From Candidatus Saganbacteria bacterium (lineage in GTDB: Bacteria > Margulisbacteria > WOR-1 > JAPLLA01), in the NCBI GenBank assembly GCA_026387795.1, contig JAPLLA010000032.1:56715-119132 (forward strand): a stretch of 62,418 bases of DNA. The letters run 5' to 3'. Shown here one piece after another: positions 18,884-26,849 of this stretch. Made by a program: the position numbers and the translations under genes. Under the pieces are notes generated by a model. The model was given only the letters and a program-made list of their open reading frames with translations. It was not told where the DNA came from and ran no database searches. The stretch's first letter is position 1. Every line of letters begins with the position of its first letter.

Positions 18884-18958
18884 TGGAGGTGCGGGGGAGA
18901 TTTGAACTCCCGAATAACAGTTTTGCAGACTGCTCCCTTGCCACTTGGGTACCGCACC
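18884..18958 (-). tRNA. tRNA-Cys (GCA)
   Basis: Cloverleaf folded by hand: acceptor GGTGCGG/CCGCACC, anticodon loop CTGCAAA, T-arm GGGAG-TTCAAAT-CTCCC, discriminator T, encoded CCA. Confidence 0.9.
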
Positions 18959-18970
18959 ATGAGAACCGAT

Positions 18971-19000
18971 ATTATATCAAAATTCCCTATCAGATTCCAA
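18971..19000 (-). promoter_or_regulatory. sigma70-type promoter with extended -10, reading into tRNA-Cys
   Basis: On the minus strand: TTGGAA, 18 nt ending in TGa, then TATAAT, 12 nt upstream of tRNA position 1. It lies entirely in element DNA. Confidence 0.5.
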
Positions 19001-19083
19001 AATTTAATATGTTTTGCCTCTTCTCTGAAAAAGCCATATTTTGTTAGGAAAGAGGTTTATTTGAGTTGATTTGAGTTGGTTTT

Positions 19084-19100
19084 GTTAGACAATCGTTAGA
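19084..19100. repeat. GTTAGA-N5-GTTAGA direct repeat near the left end of the element
   Basis: GTTAGACAATCGTTAGA. The same 11-bp-spaced pair occurs at 26071-26087 near the other end, so these are candidate integrase arm-type sites. Confidence 0.4.
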
Positions 19101-19173
19101 AAGAAAAGGCCCATAAAGTTAAATTGTTTTTAAAAAGTTGAGGAGTATAATTAACAGGCAAAAGGGGGCAAAA

Positions 19174-19569
19174 ATGCAGATAACGATAAATAGGAAGAAT
19201 GTTTCTATTATTACGGTTGTTGTGGTTGCTCTTTTTACATATTTACCTACTATTGCAGAAATTCTTTTTCCAAGACATGTAACTCTTTTCCATTTCTTTA
19301 TTCCTTTTTTTGAATTTCCTAATTTCGGTGCAAATGGTGGTTTTTCTCCGATAGTTTATATTCTTGCGGTTCCCTTTGCCTTGCTTAAAGGATGTGTTTG
19401 GGGATTAGTTATGTATTTATTAGGTTTTTTGGGAACGAAGTACATCAAAAATAGGACAGCTCGTCTTTGGACTATAGCATTAGTTTTTATTCTAGTATTT
19501 ATTAAATTTGAGGCAATCGGTGCGGTTTTAATAACTTTTATGTTCTTAGCTGCAATGGCGGGGTTTTAA
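19174..19569 (+). CDS. small integral membrane protein
   Basis: Four hydrophobic segments. The ATG at 19174 lies within the track ORF 19138-19569. Confidence 0.45.
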   Translation: MQITINRKNVSIITVVVVALFTYLPTIAEILFPRHVTLFHFFIPFFEFPNFGANGGFSPIVYILAVPFALLKGCVWGLVMYLLGFLGTKYIKNRTARLWTIALVFILVFIKFEAIGAVLITFMFLAAMAGF

Positions 19570-19754
19570 AAGTTAAACAGTTCCTTTAAAGTTACCTCCA
19601 GCCCATCTGCAATTCTTTCCAACGTAGACAGCTTTGGGTCAATTGCTCCTTTTTCTATCTCACTGAGGTTCCCTTTTGCGAGGTCGTTTTCATAGGCGAG
19701 CTTTTCGATGGTTAGACCTTTTTGGCGTCTTAAAGAGGCTATTCTTTGACCCAT
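19566..19754 (-). CDS. XRE-family HTH transcriptional regulator
   Basis: MGQRIASLRRQKGLTIEKLAYENDL...LSTLERIADGLEV is a Cro/CI-type HTH. The track ORF extends to 19859. Confidence 0.7.
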   Translation of the reverse strand: MGQRIASLRRQKGLTIEKLAYENDLAKGNLSEIEKGAIDPKLSTLERIADGLEVTLKELFNF

Positions 19755-19857
19755 TTTCTTCCTGATGTCCACCTTGGTTCCCTCCAGGTTCCTTTTAGTA
19801 TAGGTATTTTTTGTGGTACAATGGTTCCCTGTGGGGAACCAAAAGGAGGGAGTGAAC

Positions 19858-20970
19858 ATGCTAAAGTGTGTATTTTGTGGTAAAGAGCTTCCTGTTTATG
19901 GTAAAGAACTTCCTGATCGTACGATGACTTGTCCGCATTGTGGTAAAAGTGTTTATCTTGGTTTGGGCATTGTTTTTCTTCTTTTTGCAACAATCATTGC
20001 TTTTATTACTGGCGTTATTGGGATGGCCATTGTTTTATTACTCATACTGGTTTTGATGATAATCACTGTTGTAGTAAAACCAAAAGATAAAATGGTTGGG
20101 CTAATATTAGCTATAAAAGGAATATGGCTGATGCTAAGGAAGCAGAGCTTGGGCAGTTGCAAGAAATGCGGTAAGGAGTTTTCGTTTATTGAGTTTATAG
20201 CCGACAGAGTATTATGCAAAAAGTGTAATGAGCAATTACTTGTTGAATTAGCTCAAGCAGAAGAAACAATTAAGACAACAAAATGCATAACCGAAGAACA
20301 AATAGCCACATTAAAAAAACTAAGCAAGAATGCGTTACTTAAACTGTATAAACATGTCTATAGCGATTTTGAGTCAGATAAAGAATTAGAAAGCTGCGAG
20401 CTAGCAACATTAAACAAAATGCAAGAGGCTTTTGATTTGACAAATGAAGAAGCCGATCTTGATAACAAGATAAAACCATATATTTATATAAATAGCATTA
20501 GAGACAAAAACTGTCTTCCTGTAGCGGATGTCAAAATAGAATATGGGGGGCAATTAATTTTAAAAAAGGACGAGGTCATTCATTTTGCTGACAATGCTGT
20601 TTTGAAGGAAATCAAGGCGATCAGTCTTGGTTATAGAGGCGGCTCACAGGGAATAAGTATCCCAATTGCAAAAGGGATCCGCTACAGAGTCGGTGTTTCT
20701 AGGGGTAATTTTGTTAAAGAAAATCGCTTACTCCAGACCTCATCAGGAGCTCTGATAGTTACTAATCAGCGGCTGTTCTTACAGCCATATCCTGGATGCA
20801 AACCGGCGAGTATCCCACTAAACAAGATATTGTCTCATTGTTGTTTTGGTAATGGCATAGAAGTCTTTATAGAAGGCAGAGAAAAAAGCTATTTCTTTGA
20901 AATCCATAAAACCGGTTCTATAGAAATATTCGAAATGTGCCTTAACTATTTATTAGGGCAAGTAGAATAA
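19858..20970 (+). CDS. membrane protein with two zinc ribbons and a C-terminal soluble domain
   Basis: Strong RBS AAGGAGGG. CVFCGK...CPHCGK, then 3 TM segments, then CKKCGK...CKKCNE, then a ~170-aa C-domain (GALIVTNQRLFL, bPH/GRAM-like pattern). Confidence 0.6.
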   Translation: MLKCVFCGKELPVYGKELPDRTMTCPHCGKSVYLGLGIVFLLFATIIAFITGVIGMAIVLLLILVLMIITVVVKPKDKMVGLILAIKGIWLMLRKQSLGSCKKCGKEFSFIEFIADRVLCKKCNEQLLVELAQAEETIKTTKCITEEQIATLKKLSKNALLKLYKHVYSDFESDKELESCELATLNKMQEAFDLTNEEADLDNKIKPYIYINSIRDKNCLPVADVKIEYGGQLILKKDEVIHFADNAVLKEIKAISLGYRGGSQGISIPIAKGIRYRVGVSRGNFVKENRLLQTSSGALIVTNQRLFLQPYPGCKPASIPLNKILSHCCFGNGIEVFIEGREKSYFFEIHKTGSIEIFEMCLNYLLGQVE

Positions 20971-21137
20971 TAGAGAAACTGGTTCGAGTCAAATTGTTTA
21001 GGGCTAAAGATAATCGACGGCTTAGAAATTTCTCCTGCTGAGTTTTTTAAGGGGCTTTAGATTTGTTTTAAGTGCTTCTTCTTCTGTTGGATGTGTTCTG
21101 CCTACCTCTTCTAAGGTCTTTACGTTAAAACTTTTAG

Positions 21138-21830
21138 ATGTATAATTCTGTTGTAACAAGCGGTGAAAATCGGGTAGAAAATGGTGAAAATGTGGCAAAA
21201 AAAGAGAAAACGCTGGTCAATGATAAATTTAAAGCCAAAGCGAATCGATTGGTTAATAATGATAAGTTTAAAGATGAACTTAAAAAATTACGAGAGCAAT
21301 TTAAAATTCCTATTAATGGGATGACGTATGAGGAAGAAAGGATTTGGTATAAAGATAAATGGGGCAAGGGTATTCAGGAGATAAAGAATTTCCACTTTGC
21401 ATTGTCAAAATTTAGGGGAAAATTTAAACTTTATTCAAATTGGGGGATTTTTTTACTCCATTACATCTTATCTAATAAATTAGACTATCGCCATTTTCCA
21501 CAACATTCTTTCGATTTACGCTGGCATTACAATGAAGACACTTATGAAAATGAATTACATATAATTATTTTTCCAAACACAACGATTGATGACATAAAAA
21601 ATGATTGGGCAGAAATTAAAAAGAGACAAAAGAGACTTTATTCTTATAAGGAAAAAAGCCCAAGAGATAAATGGTGCATTGAAAGAGATTCATGGTTTTA
21701 TGAACTGTGGAAAAGGGGCCTCACCTGTGAAGAAATTGCAGATATCAGATATACGGAATTCCCTAAAGAAAAACCAGTCCCAGATGCAGACCTCGTTAGA
21801 AAAGCTATCAATCGCCTCAAAAACGTATGA
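21138..21830 (+). CDS. hypothetical protein (C-terminal HTH-like segment)
   Basis: 230-aa Lys/Asn-rich ORF; the C-terminal LTCEEIADI... is HTH-like. Confidence 0.45.
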   Translation: MYNSVVTSGENRVENGENVAKKEKTLVNDKFKAKANRLVNNDKFKDELKKLREQFKIPINGMTYEEERIWYKDKWGKGIQEIKNFHFALSKFRGKFKLYSNWGIFLLHYILSNKLDYRHFPQHSFDLRWHYNEDTYENELHIIIFPNTTIDDIKNDWAEIKKRQKRLYSYKEKSPRDKWCIERDSWFYELWKRGLTCEEIADIRYTEFPKEKPVPDADLVRKAINRLKNV

Positions 21831-21970
21831 TTTTTGTCGGTATTATAGCGATTTTTGCGTGACAATAAATCCTCTAAAGTAACTTCATCGACACAACCAT
21901 CTATGCTTGATATAAGTGTATTACCAGTAAGATGCTGGAATTTAGGCGTGCTTAGTATCAAAGAAAGGTA

Positions 21971-22168
21971 GTGGTTAAAATTAAATCCATAACTCCATTA
22001 AAGGCGATCCGAGCAAAATGTCTTGATTGTTCAGGCAGAAGCAAGCAGGAAATTAAATTATGCCAAATTCCCGATTGCCCATTATTCACATATCGTTTTG
22101 GTAAGAATCCAAATAGAAAAGGCATTGGTGGTAATGGATGGGCTAGCAAGCCTAAAAGTATAACTTGA
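21971..22168 (+). CDS. small Cys-rich (zinc-finger-like) phage-type protein
   Basis: AIRAKCLDCSG...KLCQIPDCPLF is a four-Cys pattern. GTG start. Confidence 0.45.
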   Translation: MVKIKSITPLKAIRAKCLDCSGRSKQEIKLCQIPDCPLFTYRFGKNPNRKGIGGNGWASKPKSIT

Positions 22169-22201
22169 GTTCGATAAATAAGTAGAAAAGAGGTGTTTAA
22201 A

Positions 22202-22510
22202 ATGAGGGAAGAGATACGTTTATCAGAAATACAGATTTTACCTGTTAAACCCCAAAATGGACTAGTTGCATTTGCTTCATTTTGCTTAAATGAGCAGTTC
22301 TATGTTGGGAATATAGCTATTTATACTACACCTGATGGTTATGGTTACCGCCTTGTATATCCAGACAAAATGCTCCCGAATGGGAAAAGAGTTAGCTTGT
22401 TCCACCCGATTATTAAAGAAGCAGGGGAAGCGATTAACCTGGTGATAACAGAAAAATACAAAGAGCTAATTATGGACTTGGAAATTAAGAAGGATATTTT
22501 TGAAAACTAA
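22202..22510 (+). CDS. SpoVG-like protein
   Basis: IQILPVKPQNGLVAFASFCLNEQFYVGNIAIYT...R.VYP......R.S.FHPI..E resembles the SpoVG fold signature often carried on mobile elements. Confidence 0.55.
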   Translation: MREEIRLSEIQILPVKPQNGLVAFASFCLNEQFYVGNIAIYTTPDGYGYRLVYPDKMLPNGKRVSLFHPIIKEAGEAINLVITEKYKELIMDLEIKKDIFEN

Positions 22511-22531
22511 AAAGTAGAGAAAGGATTGAAG

Positions 22532-22864
22532 ATGACTAGGAAGAAGAGTGGAGCACCACCGTTTGTAATGTTAAGGAAGGATTTGCTGAAAGACCCTGAA
22601 TGGCAAAGATTATCAAGTTCCGCCAAGATTATTTATATCTATTTACGGGCAAAATTTAATTGTAAAACCTATAGTGAGGTTTCTTTGTCTTACTCAGAGG
22701 TTAAAGACATGATGAGCACAAAAACAATAAGTCGAGCGTTTAAGGAATTGCAGGAAAAAGGCTTTATAGAGAAAGTGAAGCAGGGCGGGTTATTCGGGGG
22801 TATCTGCTCGTATAAGTTTATCGGTCCCTACAAAGATTTCTTTTATAAAGGCTACCGTGTTTAG
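22532..22864 (+). CDS. winged-helix DNA-binding protein (replication/regulatory)
   Basis: ...ISRAFKELQEKGFIE is a wHTH-like pattern; small basic protein. Confidence 0.45.
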   Translation: MTRKKSGAPPFVMLRKDLLKDPEWQRLSSSAKIIYIYLRAKFNCKTYSEVSLSYSEVKDMMSTKTISRAFKELQEKGFIEKVKQGGLFGGICSYKFIGPYKDFFYKGYRV

Positions 22865-23052
22865 CCATAGAGGCTGGCATATATCTATATCTTTGTAGAA
22901 AGGAAAGAACTGTTTTAAATGATTTTGAGAGGGAGATGTGGAAAAAGGAAAGAACCAATTGGTCAAAACAGCATTCAATATGGAAAAAGTAAAGCGATGA
23001 TATGGAAAAAATAAAGCTGCCTTTTGATTGATGTGTTTAGGGAGGAATATAT

Positions 23053-23448
23053 ATGTCCGAATTACAAAATACTACAGATTTTGACGAATTAGACGGAATT
23101 GACAGGGCAATCATTCTGGAATCCCAGGCTAATCCAGCTATAACGCAGCAGGAGCTTGCTAACCAATTGGGGATAAGTCGGCAAGTGGTAAACGCCAGGT
23201 TTAACTCCGCTAAGGTTCAGGTGGCATTGAGAGGGGTTTTCAAGGATGCTGTAGCGATCCTCAAAGACAATCAGGCTGAAGCCGCAAAGGTAATGGCTGG
23301 GTTGTTGGGATCTGATAATGAGAATGTCAGGTTCAGAGCAGCAGAATTTATTTTAAAAGACCTAATACTTCCAGAGTCAGAAGATGATGTCTTTTCATGC
23401 AAAAAACTAGCGGAAACGTGGAAGAAGGCGTTGGGAGTGTCAATATAG
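23053..23448 (+). CDS. HTH-domain protein
   Basis: ITQQELANQLGISRQVVNARF is a classical HTH. Confidence 0.5.
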   Translation: MSELQNTTDFDELDGIDRAIILESQANPAITQQELANQLGISRQVVNARFNSAKVQVALRGVFKDAVAILKDNQAEAAKVMAGLLGSDNENVRFRAAEFILKDLILPESEDDVFSCKKLAETWKKALGVSI

Positions 23449-23449
23449 T

Positions 23450-23668
23450 ATGGAAGCCAATGGGCAGAATATGGAAGAAATCTTTGATAAGGAAGGCTTA
23501 GCTGCTTTGCTTAAGGTGGAGCCTAAAACCGTTAATTACTTGGTTTATACAGGGCAGGTTCCACGTTTTAAATGTGGGAGGGAATATAGATTTCTTAAGT
23601 CGGAAATATTGAAGTGGATTCACCGTAGAATGAAAGAAAATAGGGGTAGTTTGTTAGAGGATTGTTAG
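23450..23668 (+). CDS. xis: excisionase-family DNA-binding protein
   Basis: LLKVEPKTVNYLVYTGQVPRFKCGREYRFLKSEILKWI matches the MerR/Xis-type helix-turn-helix_17 pattern. It lies upstream of the integrase. Confidence 0.65.
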   Translation: MEANGQNMEEIFDKEGLAALLKVEPKTVNYLVYTGQVPRFKCGREYRFLKSEILKWIHRRMKENRGSLLEDC

Positions 23669-23804
23669 AAGGTTTTAAGCATATGAGAGGGTTTTTTGCC
23701 TGTTTATTAATAAAACTTGATGGTAGGGGTGCAGTTAGGTTAACTGATTGCCTGAGAATCTTACATAAAGGGGTTTAAAGAAGGGTGGTTTGTTTGCGGA
23801 ATAT

Positions 23805-23999
23805 TTACTTAATGAGGGAGTCAATGGAAACTTGGAGAACCTTTGCAATGCTGGTTAAAGTGGAAAGGGAGGGATTGCTGTGAGTCCCTTGTTCGAGTTT
23901 TTGAAGGACAGCCAAAGATATCTGGGCTTTCTCTGCGAGCTTTTGTTGAGAAAGACCTCTCTTTGTGCGAAGGCTTTTAATTTGTTTGCCTATTGCCAT
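23805..23999 (-). CDS. XRE-family HTH regulator (repressor-like)
   Basis: IGKQIKSLRTKRGLSQQKLAEKAQIS...LSTLTSIAKVLQVS. Divergent from the integrase gene. Confidence 0.75.
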   Translation of the reverse strand: MAIGKQIKSLRTKRGLSQQKLAEKAQISLAVLQKLEQGTHSNPSLSTLTSIAKVLQVSIDSLIK

Positions 24000-24018
24000 A
24001 ACGACTAGATGATATCAC

Positions 24019-24048
24019 TTGACTGGGTTTTATGGTAGTAGTAATATA
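24019..24048 (+). promoter_or_regulatory. candidate sigma70 promoter for the integrase gene
   Basis: TTGACT, 18 nt, TAATAT, in the 86-nt divergent interval between the XRE gene and int. Confidence 0.35.
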
Positions 24049-24085
24049 ATACTAGTAAAAAAAGAGTATAAAGGGGAGGTGGAAT

Positions 24086-25204
24086 ATGGACGATTACTCA
24101 AAAATCTGGCAGACAGAGAAAAACGGTGTTATTTATGCCATTTTTAGGCTAAATGGTAAGGTGAAGTGGGAGAAGATAGGGGAGGCCAGGTTTTTATCCA
24201 AGAATGTTATAGATAGGAAGAAAAAAGAGATCATGGAAAGGCTTGCTCGTGGCGAATACATTGAAAAGAAGGTTTTGTTTGAGAATATGGTTGAGGAGTT
24301 TCTTAAATATTCTAAGAAGACCAAAACCCCAGGGACATTTAGGACGGCTTCTGGACACTGTAAGTCACTGCTCCGTTACTTTAAAGGGTATCTCCTTACA
24401 AAACTTACACCCTATATAATAGAGGGCTATATAGACTACAGGAGAGAGCAAAATCCCGACATATCCAACAAAACCATTATAAATGAGTTGTTTACTTTAT
24501 CTGCCATTATTAGAGAATCCATAAAAAGGGGATACCTTAAAGAAAACCCTGTTAAAAGGATAGAAAGGCTCAATTATACTCGCCCAGAAATGAAATTCTT
24601 TACCAAGCAGGAAATAGACCTTATTTTGGCTAATTGTAGTAGGTATTTAAGAAGTATCCTTTTAGTAGGGCTAACCACTGGTTTAAGAAAATCCGAAATA
24701 TGCCACATGAAATGGGAAAACATTAACTTTGAAGAGGGGATTATTGTTATCAAGTGTGATGAAACCTTTCAGACTAAGAATAAAAGGAACCGCATAGCTG
24801 TTCTCGTGCCCCAATTAAAGGAGGAATTGCTGTTTTTAAAGGATCACTGGATTGATCCTGTAACCAACGAGGTTAAGCAGCGGGAATCGTGGCAGACGCA
24901 GTATGTGTTTTGCCATCAAGACGGGCACCCCATCAATAACTTTGCCAATGCCTTCTATAAGCTAATGAGAAAGTTGGGCATCAAGAAGGCTTCTCCCCAT
25001 ACTATGAGGCATACCTTTGTTACTTACCATATGAACTATGGAGACCCCTTCCTAACCCAAAGGATGGTAGGGCACAGTGACCCAAGGGTTACGCAAGGGT
25101 ATTATCATTTGCAGGTTGAGAGGATGAGGGATAGCATGGGGCCGATTGAGGCTTTGATTGGAACCCGTTTGCCTAGTAAAACAGCGATTTCTATTAATAA
25201 TTAG
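24086..25204 (+). CDS. int: tyrosine recombinase / phage-type integrase
   Basis: SAM-like N-domain. Catalytic pattern GLRKSEI (Arg), HTMRHTF (HxxR) and GHSDPRVTQGYYH (His, Tyr). Confidence 0.9.
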   Translation: MDDYSKIWQTEKNGVIYAIFRLNGKVKWEKIGEARFLSKNVIDRKKKEIMERLARGEYIEKKVLFENMVEEFLKYSKKTKTPGTFRTASGHCKSLLRYFKGYLLTKLTPYIIEGYIDYRREQNPDISNKTIINELFTLSAIIRESIKRGYLKENPVKRIERLNYTRPEMKFFTKQEIDLILANCSRYLRSILLVGLTTGLRKSEICHMKWENINFEEGIIVIKCDETFQTKNKRNRIAVLVPQLKEELLFLKDHWIDPVTNEVKQRESWQTQYVFCHQDGHPINNFANAFYKLMRKLGIKKASPHTMRHTFVTYHMNYGDPFLTQRMVGHSDPRVTQGYYHLQVERMRDSMGPIEALIGTRLPSKTAISINN

Positions 25205-25208
25205 AGGA

Positions 25209-25751
25209 TTATAGGATTTTTAGTTCTCTCATGCGTAATTCATAGGGTTTTAAATCAAATTTCATAGCTCTTGTTTCTTTTTCTTCATCCGTTTTAGTTA
25301 AAAAGTCGAATCCATTTTTTTTGTAAAATGCTAGAACCCCAGGCCTATTATAGGCATCCGCTAATAAGAACCTGCAACCAGTTTTATTCTTATAGACAAA
25401 TAAATATTTAATAAAACCTAGTATTTCGCTGCCAAAACCAGCCCTATGATATTTTTTGTTAATAGCTAACCGTCCGAGCTTTACTGCGGGAATTTTCCTG
25501 TGTCTTTTTTCATTAGGAATCTTTCTATTTAATTTGTTGTTTGTTTCGATGCTGTCGTTTAAAACGCTGAAATAGGCGACAATGTCTTTGTTTTGTATGT
25601 GATGGAAAAGATAGGTGACAGTAAGGAGTTGTTCTTGGGATAAGAAAGCATCCTGATAGAAAAAATCGTTTAAATCTGCATCTCCACAATCAAAAGATGC
25701 ATTATTAGGAGGAGAGGATAGCCTTTCAAAGGATAAGTGCTTAGATAGCAT
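25209..25751 (-). CDS. GNAT-family acetyltransferase (TacT/KacT-like toxin candidate)
   Basis: FDCGDADLNDFF start region and ...RLAINKKYHRAGFGSEIL (acetyl-CoA motif A). It overlaps a small upstream ORF by 11 nt. Confidence 0.65.
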   Translation of the reverse strand: MLSKHLSFERLSSPPNNASFDCGDADLNDFFYQDAFLSQEQLLTVTYLFHHIQNKDIVAYFSVLNDSIETNNKLNRKIPNEKRHRKIPAVKLGRLAINKKYHRAGFGSEILGFIKYLFVYKNKTGCRFLLADAYNRPGVLAFYKKNGFDFLTKTDEEKETRAMKFDLKPYELRMRELKIL

Positions 25752-25923
25752 GTTCGACCAGAGGTTCTTTCTTTGTAACAGATTCGAAAATTTTCCTAGT
25801 GCGGATAACTTCTTCCTTAGATACCATTTTCATATTAGGCATATCAATTTCTTTTAAAAATTGTTCAGCTTCTTTATCTTTTAGTATAGGGGTGGGCGTA
25901 ATCGGTTTTGCCATTTTAATCAT
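25741..25923 (-). CDS. small protein, putative antitoxin of the GNAT toxin
   Basis: 60-aa ORF translationally coupled to the GNAT gene. No motif recognised. Confidence 0.4.
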   Translation of the reverse strand: MIKMAKPITPTPILKDKEAEQFLKEIDMPNMKMVSKEEVIRTRKIFESVTKKEPLVEHAI

Positions 25924-26070
25924 CTCCTATTAGTATATCGGAGGGGAAATGGAATAATTTCACTTTTTAAAGTTATTGTTTGTGAACCTTCTTTATGGCT
26001 CTTATTTTATAATATATATCGTATTAAAGCAATAATAACTTGCATTCGGAAGATGCATAAAAATTTTACT

Positions 26071-26087
26071 GTTAGAAACCCGTTAGA
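26071..26087. repeat. GTTAGA-N5-GTTAGA direct repeat near the right end of the element
   Basis: GTTAGAAACCCGTTAGA; counterpart of 19084-19100. Confidence 0.4.
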
Positions 26088-26169
26088 AACGCATCCCAGA
26101 GTAGCAGTTTAAGCCTTAGAATTAGTTGTTCTGATAATAAAAAATAGAGTTAGTGGAAAATTGCCGAAG

Positions 26170-26208
26170 GTTTTGCAGACTGCTCCCTTGCCACTTGGGT
26201 ACCGCACC
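26170..26208 (-). repeat. second copy of tRNA-Cys nucleotides 1-39 (att-site repeat)
   Basis: 39/39 identical to 18920-18958; the flanking bases differ on both sides. Confidence 0.9.
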
Positions 26209-26301
26209 GCTCGCTTCGCTCGCGGAAATCCAAAATCCTAAATCCGAAATCCTAATGAATGAATAATGATAAATTTAGAGAGTTATTATAACAAAAAACC
26301 C

Positions 26302-26736
26302 CTACAAAAGAACCTCTTCTTTAGGCGCAAAATTGGTTGCCATGGTCCAGGTTACGGCTTTTCCGCCAGATAAGCGGTATACTTTAAAGGTGTTGTAAAA
26401 ATCTTTTAACGGTCCGGATTCTCTCCAGGGTTTAAGGAATTGCCGCGATGGATGTGCATACATTTCATCTTTTAGGACTTTATCTTCCAGAATTTCTAGC
26501 TTTCCCGATACCCTAACCTGAACCCCATTTTTAAAATCATTAAAGCAGAGCTCAACTTTGGGGTTACTTTCTATTTGATGATGGACTGCTTTCATGGAAC
26601 CGCTGTGAAAAATAATCCCATTTTCATCTGCTTTATACAAAAACATCCCCCTGCAGTGCGGCTGATCTCCTTCAACTGTTGCCAGATGAAACGCAGGATT
26701 GGCATTTATCATCTCAAGTATTTCTTTTTTGTTCAT
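26302..26736 (-). CDS. pyridoxamine 5'-phosphate oxidase-family FMN-binding protein
   Basis: 144 aa; the PAFHLATV..G.PH.R.M......G.IFH....K......NPKVE pattern of the split-barrel flavoprotein family. RBS GGAGGGG. Confidence 0.8.
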   Translation of the reverse strand: MNKKEILEMINANPAFHLATVEGDQPHCRGMFLYKADENGIIFHSGSMKAVHHQIESNPKVELCFNDFKNGVQVRVSGKLEILEDKVLKDEMYAHPSRQFLKPWRESGPLKDFYNTFKVYRLSGGKAVTWTMATNFAPKEEVLL

Positions 26737-26849
26737 ACAATTCCCCTCCTTTTAAAATCCTATCATATGGCTAATTTTAATCAATCCCCAAGTGAAATTT
26801 ACCAAACATTGCTACGATAGATTGATGGAAGGGAAAACAGGGTGCAAAA

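Larger units (their letters stand above)
18959..26208. mobile_element. ~7.25-kb integrative element (integrase, excisionase, XRE regulators, cargo) inserted in tRNA-Cys
   Basis: Bounded by a perfect 39-bp direct repeat (18920-18958 = 26170-26208). Contains a tyrosine integrase, an Xis-like HTH, two XRE repressor-like genes, phage-like small genes and a TA pair. GTTAGA arm-type repeats lie near both ends. Confidence 0.8.

Noticed and set aside
18799-19047. Track ORF 18799-19047 (+), 82 aa
   Set aside because: It spans the minus-strand tRNA-Cys and its promoter, and the peptide VRGRFELPNNSFADCSLATWVPH is the tRNA read in antisense. There is no RBS.
26209-26301. Region right of the orphan tRNA-Cys half as an obvious residual host promoter
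   Set aside because: Only a distant TATAAT-like hexamer (reverse strand, about 26285-26290) is visible, ~77 nt from the fragment, and I could not pair it with a -35. I therefore do not annotate a promoter. Expression of the tRNA half remains hypothetical.
26767-26820. 17-codon ORF MANFNQSPSEIYQTLLR just upstream of the methyltransferase, as a possible RiPP precursor
   Set aside because: It has no Shine-Dalgarno; the nearby CCCCTCC is the RBS of the minus-strand PNPOx gene read in reverse. It has no Cys/Ser/Thr-rich core typical of YcaO substrates, and it lies in the divergent promoter region. I keep it only as something to test if orthologous loci conserve it.
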